NCBI GenBank assembly: GCA_965541585.1
Contig: CBEUCH010000011.1
Span: 59,557-123,556 of the forward strand
Reading direction: 5' to 3'
Origin: an uncultured bacterium
GTDB taxonomy: Bacteria; Zixibacteria; MSB-5A5; UBA10806
DNA: 64,000 nucleotides
Each line of letters begins with the position of its first letter. Position 1 is the first letter of the stretch. Below the pieces are notes generated by a model. The model was not told the DNA's origin, did no database searches, and saw nothing but the letters and a program-made list of their open reading frames with translations. The position numbers were made by a program, and so were the translations under genes. Shown here piece by piece: positions 49,996 to 59,207 of this stretch.

Positions 49996-51769
49996 ATGAG
50001 AAAAACGTTATTGTTTTTGATGATCACAATTTTCGTTTTCGCCTCGCTGGATTTCGCCGATGCGGCCACGAAATCAATCCGGGTAGATGGACCGACCCCA
50101 ATCGTAGGAGGAAACGAGCCGCCCTCGCAAGCGCCTTATCACCCATCTGCCCCCGGGATGATCACCCAATCACCGGGCGAGATAGTCGGGACTACCCAAT
50201 ATGATTATCAGACCAACGGGTCTACCGGCAACAGGATTGCCCTCGACAGCCAGGGAGGCAAACATTTCGTCTGGATGAACGGCTTGGACTACAACAGCGG
50301 TCTGAGAACGGTATATTTTAACTTTTGTGATGCCTCTGGCGACTGGCCGCTGCCTGAAGGTGGGCAGCCCATCTCGCAACAGAACGGCGCCGGCTATGTT
50401 CAGATGGATCTCACCAGCGATGATCGAGCCGCCGTGGGCTACCACCAATGGCTGGAACCGGATTATGTAATCCTGGCGGTCGATCAGGTATCGGGTTTTG
50501 GCATATTCAATCTCTACGATCCTCCTGAAATGTTAGGTCAGCGCTGTTTCTGGCCCTATATATCTGTTGACCGCAACGACAATATTCACTTTGTCTTTGT
50601 CGAGCGTCCGCCGGAGGGAACAATACATACCGTAGGGTATACCGTATCGACCGACGAAGGCGAATCCTGGATACGCCCGCAAGCGGTGGATACCACCGCA
50701 ACCATTTCCCAGAACGTGGTGGCATCCCCGGTTTCCGACAAGGTTGCAATAGTCTATAATCATCCCATAGTGTTTGATCCTCCCGTGGGAGCGCAGCTCG
50801 AAAACGACGTTTACTATATAGAGTCGGTTGACGGCCTTAACTGGGATTGGAATGATGGAAAGGTAAATGTTACTCAATACGGCAACCCTGATTCTCTGCG
50901 CGCCTATACCGATCTGGCAGCCATCTACGATTACAACGACAACCTTCACCTGATCTGGAATGCTCAGTGGGTGACCGAAGAAGATGGCTCGTATTTCATT
51001 TCCTTCAAGAACTTTCTCTATCATTTTGACAGCGGATCAGATGAGATAAGCCTGGTTACCGAAACCGATGACGCCTGGGTCGAAACCGGTTGCGAAACCG
51101 GCGCCTGGAATTTGAGGATAGCCAAGATGTCGCTCGGTGTTCAAGAGGGCACAAACAGGATTTTCGCTACCTATACCGGCTTTCTCGATACCCTCGATTG
51201 CTCGGCAGGTGGATATGCCAACGGGGATATCTATAATGGCCAATTCGATAGATGGTGGTTCAACCTGGACCGTTCCTGAGAATCTGACCGACTCTCAAAC
51301 CCCCGATTGCGCCCCCGGTGATTGTGATTCCGATCATTGGTCCACGCTGGCCGACAGAGTTGACGAGAATCTCCATATAGTATACACCAACGACAGGGAT
51401 GCCGGAGGTATCGCCCAGGATGAAGGGACGGTTACGGACAACAATATCCTGTATCTGCAGTGGCCCGGCATTGGTTTGGATGTTGACCTTGATAGCAATA
51501 TTCCTCATACTTTTGCGTTATCGCAGAACTATCCCAACCCATTCAACGCTGCGACGAGCATCGAGTATGAGCTGCTCGAAGATTCTCATGTCGAGCTTTT
51601 GATTTACGATATCACCGGCGCCAAAGTCGCCATCCTTGTTAATGGGGAGATGGAGGCCGGCATGCACTCGGTCAACTGGGATTCCGGTGATGCTGCATCG
51701 GGTGTTTATTACTACAGTCTGAAAGCCAACGGCGAGGAATCTGCGCGGAAGATGACGCTTCTGAAGTAA
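49996..51769 (+). pseudogene. Paralog 6 split by a +1 frameshift near 51235 (or sequencing error)
   Basis: ORFs 49996..51279 and 51137..51769 carry the N- and C-terminal parts. Removing one A in TATAATGGCC restores GDIYMANSIDGGSTW, matching the paralogs. Confidence 0.8.
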
Positions 51770-51797
51770 AGCTGAAAACCAAAGGCAGATACTCTGC

Positions 51798-51829
51798 GCG
51801 GCCCGCCCTGGAATGGGCGGGCTGTTCTT
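51798..51829 (+). terminator. Rho-independent terminator
   Basis: GCGGCCCGCCC-TGGAAT-GGGCGGGCTGT followed by TCTT. Confidence 0.75.
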
Positions 51830-52206
51830 ATGGCAGTAATGAATAATCCCCGGAAATCTGTTCTTCACCGGTTGATAGAAAAGCATTCCGAGTTCCCAAA
51901 AAGGCAAAGGCACACACGATCCTTGCTTGATATGGCTAAAATAAATGCGCAAGCTGCGAAAAGAGCGGTAGTGCCTATCAATATTGAAAAATGGCTTGAC
52001 TTTGGATTGGAAAAAGGACAAATTCGGGGAATAAAATCAGGGCTGACCTGTATCATGGGTGTTGGCCCTGGGATAATTCGCCAACGGGAGGAGGCACGAC
52101 TGACAATCGTTAATGTTTTGCTTATTCATCGCATAGCCAGGAATATGATTTTGGAGATTATGGATATTCCCCCCCCGGGGACGAGCATCAAGAAGGAGGA
52201 TGCAAG

Positions 52207-55200
52207 ATGATTTTGAGGCGTTTTACGTATGCGCTGGTACTTTCCGCTATTTTTGTCGGTTTGCTTTTCACCGGTATTTTTGCCGGCACTGTGGGCAAGA
52301 TATCCGGAACTGTCACTGATGAGAAAGGAGTCGGTATCCCCGGCGTGGCGGTGCAAATAGATGGCACCACTATGGGTGCGGCCGCCAGTTTCGATGGTTC
52401 CTATGTCATTTTGAATGTGCCAGTTGGAACATATACTCTGGTGGCTCAATCGATTGGCTATAACAAGATGACCATCACGAAAATCAGGGTGCAGGCTGAT
52501 CTGACCATGGAGATGAACTTCCAATTGACCTCGGAGGCCATTCCGACTGACGACATCACGGTGATCGGTACGAGGGAGGAGATCGATAAGTATATCACCA
52601 GCAACGAGCAGAAGATATCGGCAGATAAGATCAGCAGCATGCCTGTTGTCAATATCAGCGATGTCCTGCGGAGGACCACCGGGTTTGTGAGTCAGGGCGA
52701 ACTTTTCCACGCCCGCGGTGGCCGCGGAGGCGAGATTGCCTTTATGGTGGACGGTATTGAGATAAGAGACGTTCTGGGCGGTTTGACCAGGAGCAGTGGC
52801 AACGCGCTCAAGAAAAATGTCGATATCTCTGCCACCGATATCGAAGAGCTATCCGTTTTGAAAGGTAATTTCGATGCCGAATATGGCGGCGTCAATTCCG
52901 CCATCATCAACGTGGTGCGCAAAGAAGGCGATATAAGAACAACCACCGGACGGGTCGAGTTTATAACGGACGATTTCGGCTTCAACGACCTGAACAAATA
53001 CTCCTTCAATTCCGACCGTCTGGAATGGAATCTCTCCGGCCCCGTTCCCGGCATCTCTGATCAGCTCTTCCCGGCGCTGGGGTTAAGATGGCCGGGCGAG
53101 AAAATGGCCTATTTTGTCAGTTTTTCGACGGATAGATCCAACAACTATATTGACTACAATGACTATCCATCGGCCAAATCGAAAGTTAATTATGGCTATG
53201 AAAAGTTTCTGGGTATAAAGATTCCGATGAGGCGATCGAATAAATACTCCGCCTCGGCCAAGCTAACCTGGAAGATGGACGCCAATGCAAGATACAGAAT
53301 CTCGTTTAATTACATGAAACTGTGGCAGAAATATACCAACTTCGACTGGGATTTCCTCTTTACGCCGCAGACGGCTCACAGAATCGAGGAGTCCAAAGAG
53401 CTTTATGGCGTCACCTTTACCTTCTCTCCGGACTTTCTCAAAAACACCTTTGGAGAGCTGAAGTTCAATCGCTACGTCCAGACTTACGATCAGAGACCGG
53501 GCGGAAAGGTCCCTGGCGATTTCGTAATGGCCGATAATTACGAAAGTTACGGCGATGCTAATAACAATGGCCGCTGGGATGCTGCGGAGCCGTTCGTTGA
53601 TGTCAACGGCGACGGATTTTTCGGAGAGCCTTTCTTGGACGGCAATAGCAACGGCGTCTATGAACCCGGGCCCGATACCTGGAACCCATTTGATGTCGAT
53701 ATCGAAGGCGATACGACCTGGATGGACGATCTCAACCGCAACGGCCGCTACGACGAGGATATCGGAGAGCCTTATTCCGATCTTAATGGCAACGGCAGAC
53801 GGGATCGTGCGGAAACGATATTTAACGATCATTTCTGGCATGACGTTAACGGCAACGGCGTATTCGATGAAGGTGATTCTACATATGTGAACGCTGACGG
53901 ATTGGGCAACGGTGCATATGATCCGGAGCTTCGTGACGTAATCAACGAGGACCGGGCCGAGCCGTTTACCGATGGTGATGTTATTATCGGGGAGCCATAT
54001 ATAGATGTTGATTTCAACGGCGTTTTCAACGGTCCGCCGAATGACCCTAACGGCCCGGATGTTTTTATCGGGGCCTGGGATCTGAACGGCAACGGCCAGC
54101 ATGACGGACCTTTTGATCCGTGGAGCGAGGGGGTTCCCTATCGAGATTTGAACAACAATGGCAGCTTCGATGCCCCCAACGGTTTTTACGATTACGGCGA
54201 GCCATACATCGATTTGAACGACAATGGGCGCCACGACTACGCCGACGGTTTTATCGATCATGGATTCCTGCAGTGGGCCGTGTATCAAAAAACCAGAACC
54301 GCAATTAATACTTTCAGTATGGACTTAACCAGCCAGGTGGCTAAAGAGCATGAGATTAAATCCGGCATAGAATTTAAGAATATGGACCTTGAAATGGGCG
54401 ACCTGCGATATCCAGACCGGACATACGATGGCATGGATGACGGAGGCCCCTGGCTTGATCGCGGCATATTCCGAGATTTTTACACCCGCACGCCGAAGCA
54501 GGGCGCATTCTACTTCCGAGATAAAATGGAATACGGGGAAATGATTGCCAATCTCGGTTTCCGTTACGATTTCTATATTCAGGCCAATGAGATTAAGTCC
54601 GTGGATTTTGAGGCGGAGAATCTTGCAGACAAAGAGCTGGCGGATTCCAAGAATAAGTTTTCACCGCGGATAGCATTCTCCTTCCCGGTTTCAGATAAAG
54701 CCAAGCTATACTTTAACTACGGCCATTTCTTCCAGCTTCCGGAACTAAACTACTTTTACCGCCGCCCGACACAGGCCTCGAATGCCTTCGGGATAATAGG
54801 TAACCCCAACCTCGATTTCGAGAAAACCATCAGTTACGAGGTCGGACTTCAATACCGGGTTACCAAGGGTTATATCATGACGATCTCGGGATTCTACAAA
54901 GACTATTACGGTCTGTTGAACTCGATCCAGGAATCGTATGGGCCGATTACCAATGACGTTTACGGTAATATCGACTACGCCCGGAGCCGCGGCGTGGAAT
55001 TCCAGCTGGAAAAACGCTACGCTCATTTCTTCGCCGGCTCCTTCGACTACGAATATACCTGGGCGTTCGGCAAGAATTCCTCGGCGTCGGCCGATTATTT
55101 CAGGAGATTCCTCCGTCAGGAGATCCCTACTCAGGAAACTCCGCTTGATTGGGATATCCGGCACCAGGTTACCGTCACCACCGATATCCGGGCCCAAAGA

Positions 55201-55611
55201 GGAAATCATCCCAAGATCGGTATATTCACCTTGCCGGATGACTGGACTTTTAACATTATCTGGCAATTCAAGACGGGACTGCCATTTACACCCGATGTTA
55301 ATTACCCCGGCCTGGTCCTTGTGGGGCAGGAAGAGCCGCTCAACAATTCCAGGCGGATGCCATATTACTCCACGGTTGACATCAGGCTGGATAAGAACTT
55401 CCAGGTTTGGGAGCTAAACTATACGTTGTCCCTAAGAGTTGACAACCTGTTTGACAATAAGAACGTAAACAATGTTTTCTCTTCAACCGGATTGCCGTAT
55501 AGCGATCAAAACAACAACGGACAGATAGTGACCGGTATTCCTCAGGATGCAGATCCATCATTGTATGACCCGGGCAGGCAGATACAGGTTGGTATGAGCC
55601 TTAATTTCTAG
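52207..55611 (+). CDS. TonB-dependent receptor with inserted DxNxNG acidic repeats
   Basis: N-terminal GTVGKISGTVTD carboxypeptidase-like domain, plug (HARGGRGGEIAFMVDG, GNFDAEYG), barrel (FSPRIAFSFP, GNPNLDFEKT.SYEVG) and C-terminal GRQIQVGMSLNF. Confidence 0.92.
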   Translation: MILRRFTYALVLSAIFVGLLFTGIFAGTVGKISGTVTDEKGVGIPGVAVQIDGTTMGAAASFDGSYVILNVPVGTYTLVAQSIGYNKMTITKIRVQADLTMEMNFQLTSEAIPTDDITVIGTREEIDKYITSNEQKISADKISSMPVVNISDVLRRTTGFVSQGELFHARGGRGGEIAFMVDGIEIRDVLGGLTRSSGNALKKNVDISATDIEELSVLKGNFDAEYGGVNSAIINVVRKEGDIRTTTGRVEFITDDFGFNDLNKYSFNSDRLEWNLSGPVPGISDQLFPALGLRWPGEKMAYFVSFSTDRSNNYIDYNDYPSAKSKVNYGYEKFLGIKIPMRRSNKYSASAKLTWKMDANARYRISFNYMKLWQKYTNFDWDFLFTPQTAHRIEESKELYGVTFTFSPDFLKNTFGELKFNRYVQTYDQRPGGKVPGDFVMADNYESYGDANNNGRWDAAEPFVDVNGDGFFGEPFLDGNSNGVYEPGPDTWNPFDVDIEGDTTWMDDLNRNGRYDEDIGEPYSDLNGNGRRDRAETIFNDHFWHDVNGNGVFDEGDSTYVNADGLGNGAYDPELRDVINEDRAEPFTDGDVIIGEPYIDVDFNGVFNGPPNDPNGPDVFIGAWDLNGNGQHDGPFDPWSEGVPYRDLNNNGSFDAPNGFYDYGEPYIDLNDNGRHDYADGFIDHGFLQWAVYQKTRTAINTFSMDLTSQVAKEHEIKSGIEFKNMDLEMGDLRYPDRTYDGMDDGGPWLDRGIFRDFYTRTPKQGAFYFRDKMEYGEMIANLGFRYDFYIQANEIKSVDFEAENLADKELADSKNKFSPRIAFSFPVSDKAKLYFNYGHFFQLPELNYFYRRPTQASNAFGIIGNPNLDFEKTISYEVGLQYRVTKGYIMTISGFYKDYYGLLNSIQESYGPITNDVYGNIDYARSRGVEFQLEKRYAHFFAGSFDYEYTWAFGKNSSASADYFRRFLRQEIPTQETPLDWDIRHQVTVTTDIRAQRGNHPKIGIFTLPDDWTFNIIWQFKTGLPFTPDVNYPGLVLVGQEEPLNNSRRMPYYSTVDIRLDKNFQVWELNYTLSLRVDNLFDNKNVNNVFSSTGLPYSDQNNNGQIVTGIPQDADPSLYDPGRQIQVGMSLNF

Positions 55612-55755
55612 TGTAATCGGGACCTGTCTTGGCTGAGGGGACGAATTTTAGAAAATTATGAGGCAAACGGGACTTTTCAATTAAGCAGATAGAGGGCTTT
55701 CACTTCTGAAGATAAGGAAGATAATTTTATCGCCTCTAAAAATAGGAGAAATGAA

Positions 55756-58221
55756 ATGAGGGAAAGAGGAAAAACGGTTAAATTGATAATCGGGACTTTC
55801 CTGTTGTTGAGCATGGGAACGCCATCGTATGCGGCGATGATGGAGCGGGACGGTCAAGGCGGCGGTTTTGCCAAGCCGGCGGTTAATCCCAATTCTGAGA
55901 TTAGGGTGCATGATGTTGGCAAGATATGGTTGACGATAAGCAACTACGCACAGTTCGCCAACCCGAATGATCTGGATGACCCTCGCAATCTGGATGCTCT
56001 GGCTCCATCGTGCATGTTTCCCGGCGGATCCAACCTCGAATATCTTTTCGCGGGCTTCCTCTGGATTGGAGCGGAAAGAGATACTATCGTTGCAGGGAAT
56101 CCCGCGCTCGATACCTTGGTCTCGCAAGGCGGTGACGGCTGGCTGGATATTGACAGCGAAATGTGGCCTGATTTCCCGCCTGATGGTGAAATTATAGTCA
56201 GGTCCACGAGACCGTCCGACGTCTACCCGTATGGCGACACGGCTGGTGCGATTTCCGAGCAGGATTTCATCTCCGTTTTCACAGATACAAAAACGGATCC
56301 GTCGTATGTGAAAAACGACTCCTACAATGGACGGCCTCATCGTCCTCTGGGGATTGAAGTGACCCAGAGGAGTTACGCCTGGAGCTACGAGTACGCCGAA
56401 GATTTTGTACTCTTCGATTACGACATCACCAATATAGGCAATGAGTCTTTGCAGAATGTCTGGCTGGGGCTATATATCGATGCCGATGTCTGGCACACTT
56501 CGGAAAACCCATACGGGCCTGAGCAGGGCGCACAGGACGATATCTGCGGTTTCGTCGATAGTGTAATCACGTCGGTGATAGATGGTGATACTACCAGAAT
56601 GGGGATTTTCACCGCATATATCGCCGATAACGATGGTCAAGTTTACGACGGGGCTTTCGATTATCGATCGCCGAGAGGCGTCTCCGGAGTCAGGGTGGTC
56701 AGAACGCCCATTCCTGATCTGCAGTACGGATTCAACTGGTGGATTTCCAATACCGACGCCAATCTGGATTGGGGCCCGCAGCTGTGGGAGAATTTCATCG
56801 GGGCTTTCCCCAGCGGTGGCTTCGGCACTCCCGGACCTGACTGGAGCAAATACTTCGTCATGTCAAACGGCGAATTCGACTATGACCAGATCTGGACCAA
56901 TCAGGACTGGACAGACCTAGGTTGGGTACAAAGCCCGCCTCCCGCCCGGGCATCAGACCTGGCGAACGGCTACGATACTCGCTATCTATTTTCCTTCGGC
57001 CCTTTTCCCGAGCTATTGCCCGGTGATACATTGAAGCTGACGACCGCCTATGTATGCGGAGAGAATCTGCACGTGGATCCCGACAATTATGTGAATAATC
57101 TCAGGGATGGCACGGATGACGCTTTGTCCGTTGCTGCGTATTATAGCGGGCTTGATTTCCAGGACTTCGCCACTAATTCGCAATGGGCGGAGTGGGTTTA
57201 TGATAATCCCGGAGTTGATACCGACACCACTGATGGCGTCGGTGGTCCCGGCTGGTGGCAGGAAGGAGAACATTTTTCTGTTACGCCACAGGGGGATACA
57301 TTCTGGTTTAAGGGTGACGGCGTCCCCGACTTTGCGGGCCCCCCGCCTCCACCCTCGCCCAGGCTGACCGCCGAGACATCGCCGGGCGAAGTAGTCCTGA
57401 CCTGGGATGGTTCGGAAACTGAGACCGCGGAAGATAATTTCTCGAACGAGATAGATTTCGAGGGATACCGGATTTACATGTCGCGGACCGGCCGCCTTGG
57501 CGAGTATTCGCTAGTAGGCGATTTTGACGTTATTGACTTTGATTCGACTTATCTGGACAGCACGGTGTCGCCTCCCATGTGGGTGTTATGGAAAGAGCCG
57601 CCGCGTCGCCCCGAAGCGTTTGTGGATTTCGGATATCCACAGGATTTTGATCCCGATACCAGCGAAAATTGGGTCGCCAATGGTTGGAACACCGGCCTGG
57701 GGTCGTTGGAAGTGGGAGATAAGATGTATTCTTATACAATAAGTGGATTATCGGAATCTGTGGGGATGTACTATTCGGTGACAGCGTATGATTTCGGCAA
57801 TCCGGTGACCAACCTGTCGCCCCTGGAATCATCACAGACGATCAACGTAAAATATGTGTATGCCATTGCGAAGGGCGATCAGGCACAGGAAGTCGCGGTT
57901 TATCCGAATCCTTACAAGATAACAGGGAATTATGTTGAGCTGGGTTACGAGGATCCGGACAGATCCGGCTTCGTGGAGTTTGACCGCCGGATAATGTTCG
58001 CCGGTTTGCCTTCGAAGTGCACCATCCGGATATTCACTCTTGATGGCGATCTTGTGAGAGAAATTTATCACGACGATTCGACGAGTCCGGAAGGACCGGG
58101 AGTGAACTACTGGGATCTGATCAGCCGGAACACGCAGGCAGTGGTTTCAGGGATTTACATATATTCGATCGACGGAGAGAGTGGATTTCACCAGCTTGGG
58201 AAAATTGCCATAATTAAATAG
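55756..58221 (+). CDS. Large secreted protein with Fn3-like region and C-terminal sorting domain
   Basis: Signal peptide, HDVGKIWLTISN, DFEGYRIY, YYSVTAYD and VYPNPY...IRIFTLDGDLV...WDL...VSGIYIY...GKIAIIK. Confidence 0.8.
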   Translation: MRERGKTVKLIIGTFLLLSMGTPSYAAMMERDGQGGGFAKPAVNPNSEIRVHDVGKIWLTISNYAQFANPNDLDDPRNLDALAPSCMFPGGSNLEYLFAGFLWIGAERDTIVAGNPALDTLVSQGGDGWLDIDSEMWPDFPPDGEIIVRSTRPSDVYPYGDTAGAISEQDFISVFTDTKTDPSYVKNDSYNGRPHRPLGIEVTQRSYAWSYEYAEDFVLFDYDITNIGNESLQNVWLGLYIDADVWHTSENPYGPEQGAQDDICGFVDSVITSVIDGDTTRMGIFTAYIADNDGQVYDGAFDYRSPRGVSGVRVVRTPIPDLQYGFNWWISNTDANLDWGPQLWENFIGAFPSGGFGTPGPDWSKYFVMSNGEFDYDQIWTNQDWTDLGWVQSPPPARASDLANGYDTRYLFSFGPFPELLPGDTLKLTTAYVCGENLHVDPDNYVNNLRDGTDDALSVAAYYSGLDFQDFATNSQWAEWVYDNPGVDTDTTDGVGGPGWWQEGEHFSVTPQGDTFWFKGDGVPDFAGPPPPPSPRLTAETSPGEVVLTWDGSETETAEDNFSNEIDFEGYRIYMSRTGRLGEYSLVGDFDVIDFDSTYLDSTVSPPMWVLWKEPPRRPEAFVDFGYPQDFDPDTSENWVANGWNTGLGSLEVGDKMYSYTISGLSESVGMYYSVTAYDFGNPVTNLSPLESSQTINVKYVYAIAKGDQAQEVAVYPNPYKITGNYVELGYEDPDRSGFVEFDRRIMFAGLPSKCTIRIFTLDGDLVREIYHDDSTSPEGPGVNYWDLISRNTQAVVSGIYIYSIDGESGFHQLGKIAIIK

Positions 58222-58239
58222 ACTCTGAGGAGGCTTTTG

Positions 58240-59190
58240 ATGAGAAAAATTGTATTACTGATTCCACTGGCGGGACTTCTACTGTTTCCTGCCCTGTGTT
58301 ATGGGCAGGCGAAGGTCGGTACCGCCGGGGCTCAGTTCCTCGAGATCGGAGTGTCCGCTCGAGCGATAGGTATGGGCGAAGCCTTCCTGGGGGTTGTTGA
58401 TGACGCGTCTGCCCTGTACTACAATCCCGGCGCTCTGGGTACCCTGACACAGGTTGAGGGGATATTGACCCATGTGGATTATCCGGCGGATATAAATTAC
58501 GAATTCATCGGCGTGGTTATTCCTGCTCCTCAGTTCGCCGGTACATTTGGCGTAGCGCTCTACATGCTGGGCATGGGCGAAATGGACGTGACCGATTATG
58601 GCTATCCTCGCGGGAACGGCGAGACTTTCGACGCCGGAGATTTTGCTCTCGGTCTTTCGTATGGTGCGGGATTGACGGATAGATTTTCGCTTGGGGTCAC
58701 CTTCAAATACCTGGCTCAATATCTTGAAACTTATAAGGCCACAGGATGGTCCGCGGATCTCGGTGTCTTTTATGACACCGGTTTTCGAAATTTCAGGATT
58801 TGTATGACCCTGGCCAATTTCGGTCCTGATATGAAGTTTATTACCGAACCATATGCCCTGCCCATCGATTTCAAATTCGGCACGGCTATTGACGTAATAG
58901 ATGCCCCGAACTCAACGCTAACGTTTGCCGCCCAGGCTTCGCATCCGAATGATAACCTTGAAAAGTATAACTTCGGCCTGGAATATTGGTTCAATAACAT
59001 GTTCGCCTTGAGAGTCGGTAAGAAGTTCAATTATGACTACTACGAAGAGAGCGATTTCGGCGGAGGGATGACATTCGGAGCCGGAGCGAGACTGCCCATC
59101 TCAACCCACAATCTCACTATTGACTATGCATACCAGGATATGGGCTGGCTTGATTCCGCGAACCGGTTCACGTTGGGATTCAGGTTTTAA
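58240..59190 (+). CDS. PorV/PorQ family outer membrane protein
   Basis: KVGTAGAQFLEIGVSARAIGMGEA...DASALYYNP.L N-terminal signature and C-terminal barrel strand FTLGFRF. Confidence 0.85.
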   Translation: MRKIVLLIPLAGLLLFPALCYGQAKVGTAGAQFLEIGVSARAIGMGEAFLGVVDDASALYYNPGALGTLTQVEGILTHVDYPADINYEFIGVVIPAPQFAGTFGVALYMLGMGEMDVTDYGYPRGNGETFDAGDFALGLSYGAGLTDRFSLGVTFKYLAQYLETYKATGWSADLGVFYDTGFRNFRICMTLANFGPDMKFITEPYALPIDFKFGTAIDVIDAPNSTLTFAAQASHPNDNLEKYNFGLEYWFNNMFALRVGKKFNYDYYEESDFGGGMTFGAGARLPISTHNLTIDYAYQDMGWLDSANRFTLGFRF

Positions 59191-59207
59191 GGAAGGATTG
59201 CTGGACG

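Noticed and set aside
42113..51769. Diversity-generating retroelement (TR/VR pairs) among the CTD repeats
   Set aside because: One pair is identical and the others differ at non-adenine-specific positions. No reverse transcriptase is in the window.
40607..51829. Integron cassette array
   Set aside because: Intergenic hairpins are ordinary terminators without attC RYYYAAC/GTTRRRY ends, most genes have their own promoters, and there is no intI.
51900..52125. Sigma54 promoter upstream of the TonB receptor
   Set aside because: The candidate GGCAC...TTGC sequences have the wrong GG-GC spacing or lack the GG.
51830..52206. Riboswitch (cobalamin or c-di-GMP) or 126-aa ORF upstream of the TonB receptor
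   Set aside because: A hairpin is present at about 52038-52070, but I cannot match conserved riboswitch cores, and the ORF has no recognisable features. An Rfam scan would settle it.
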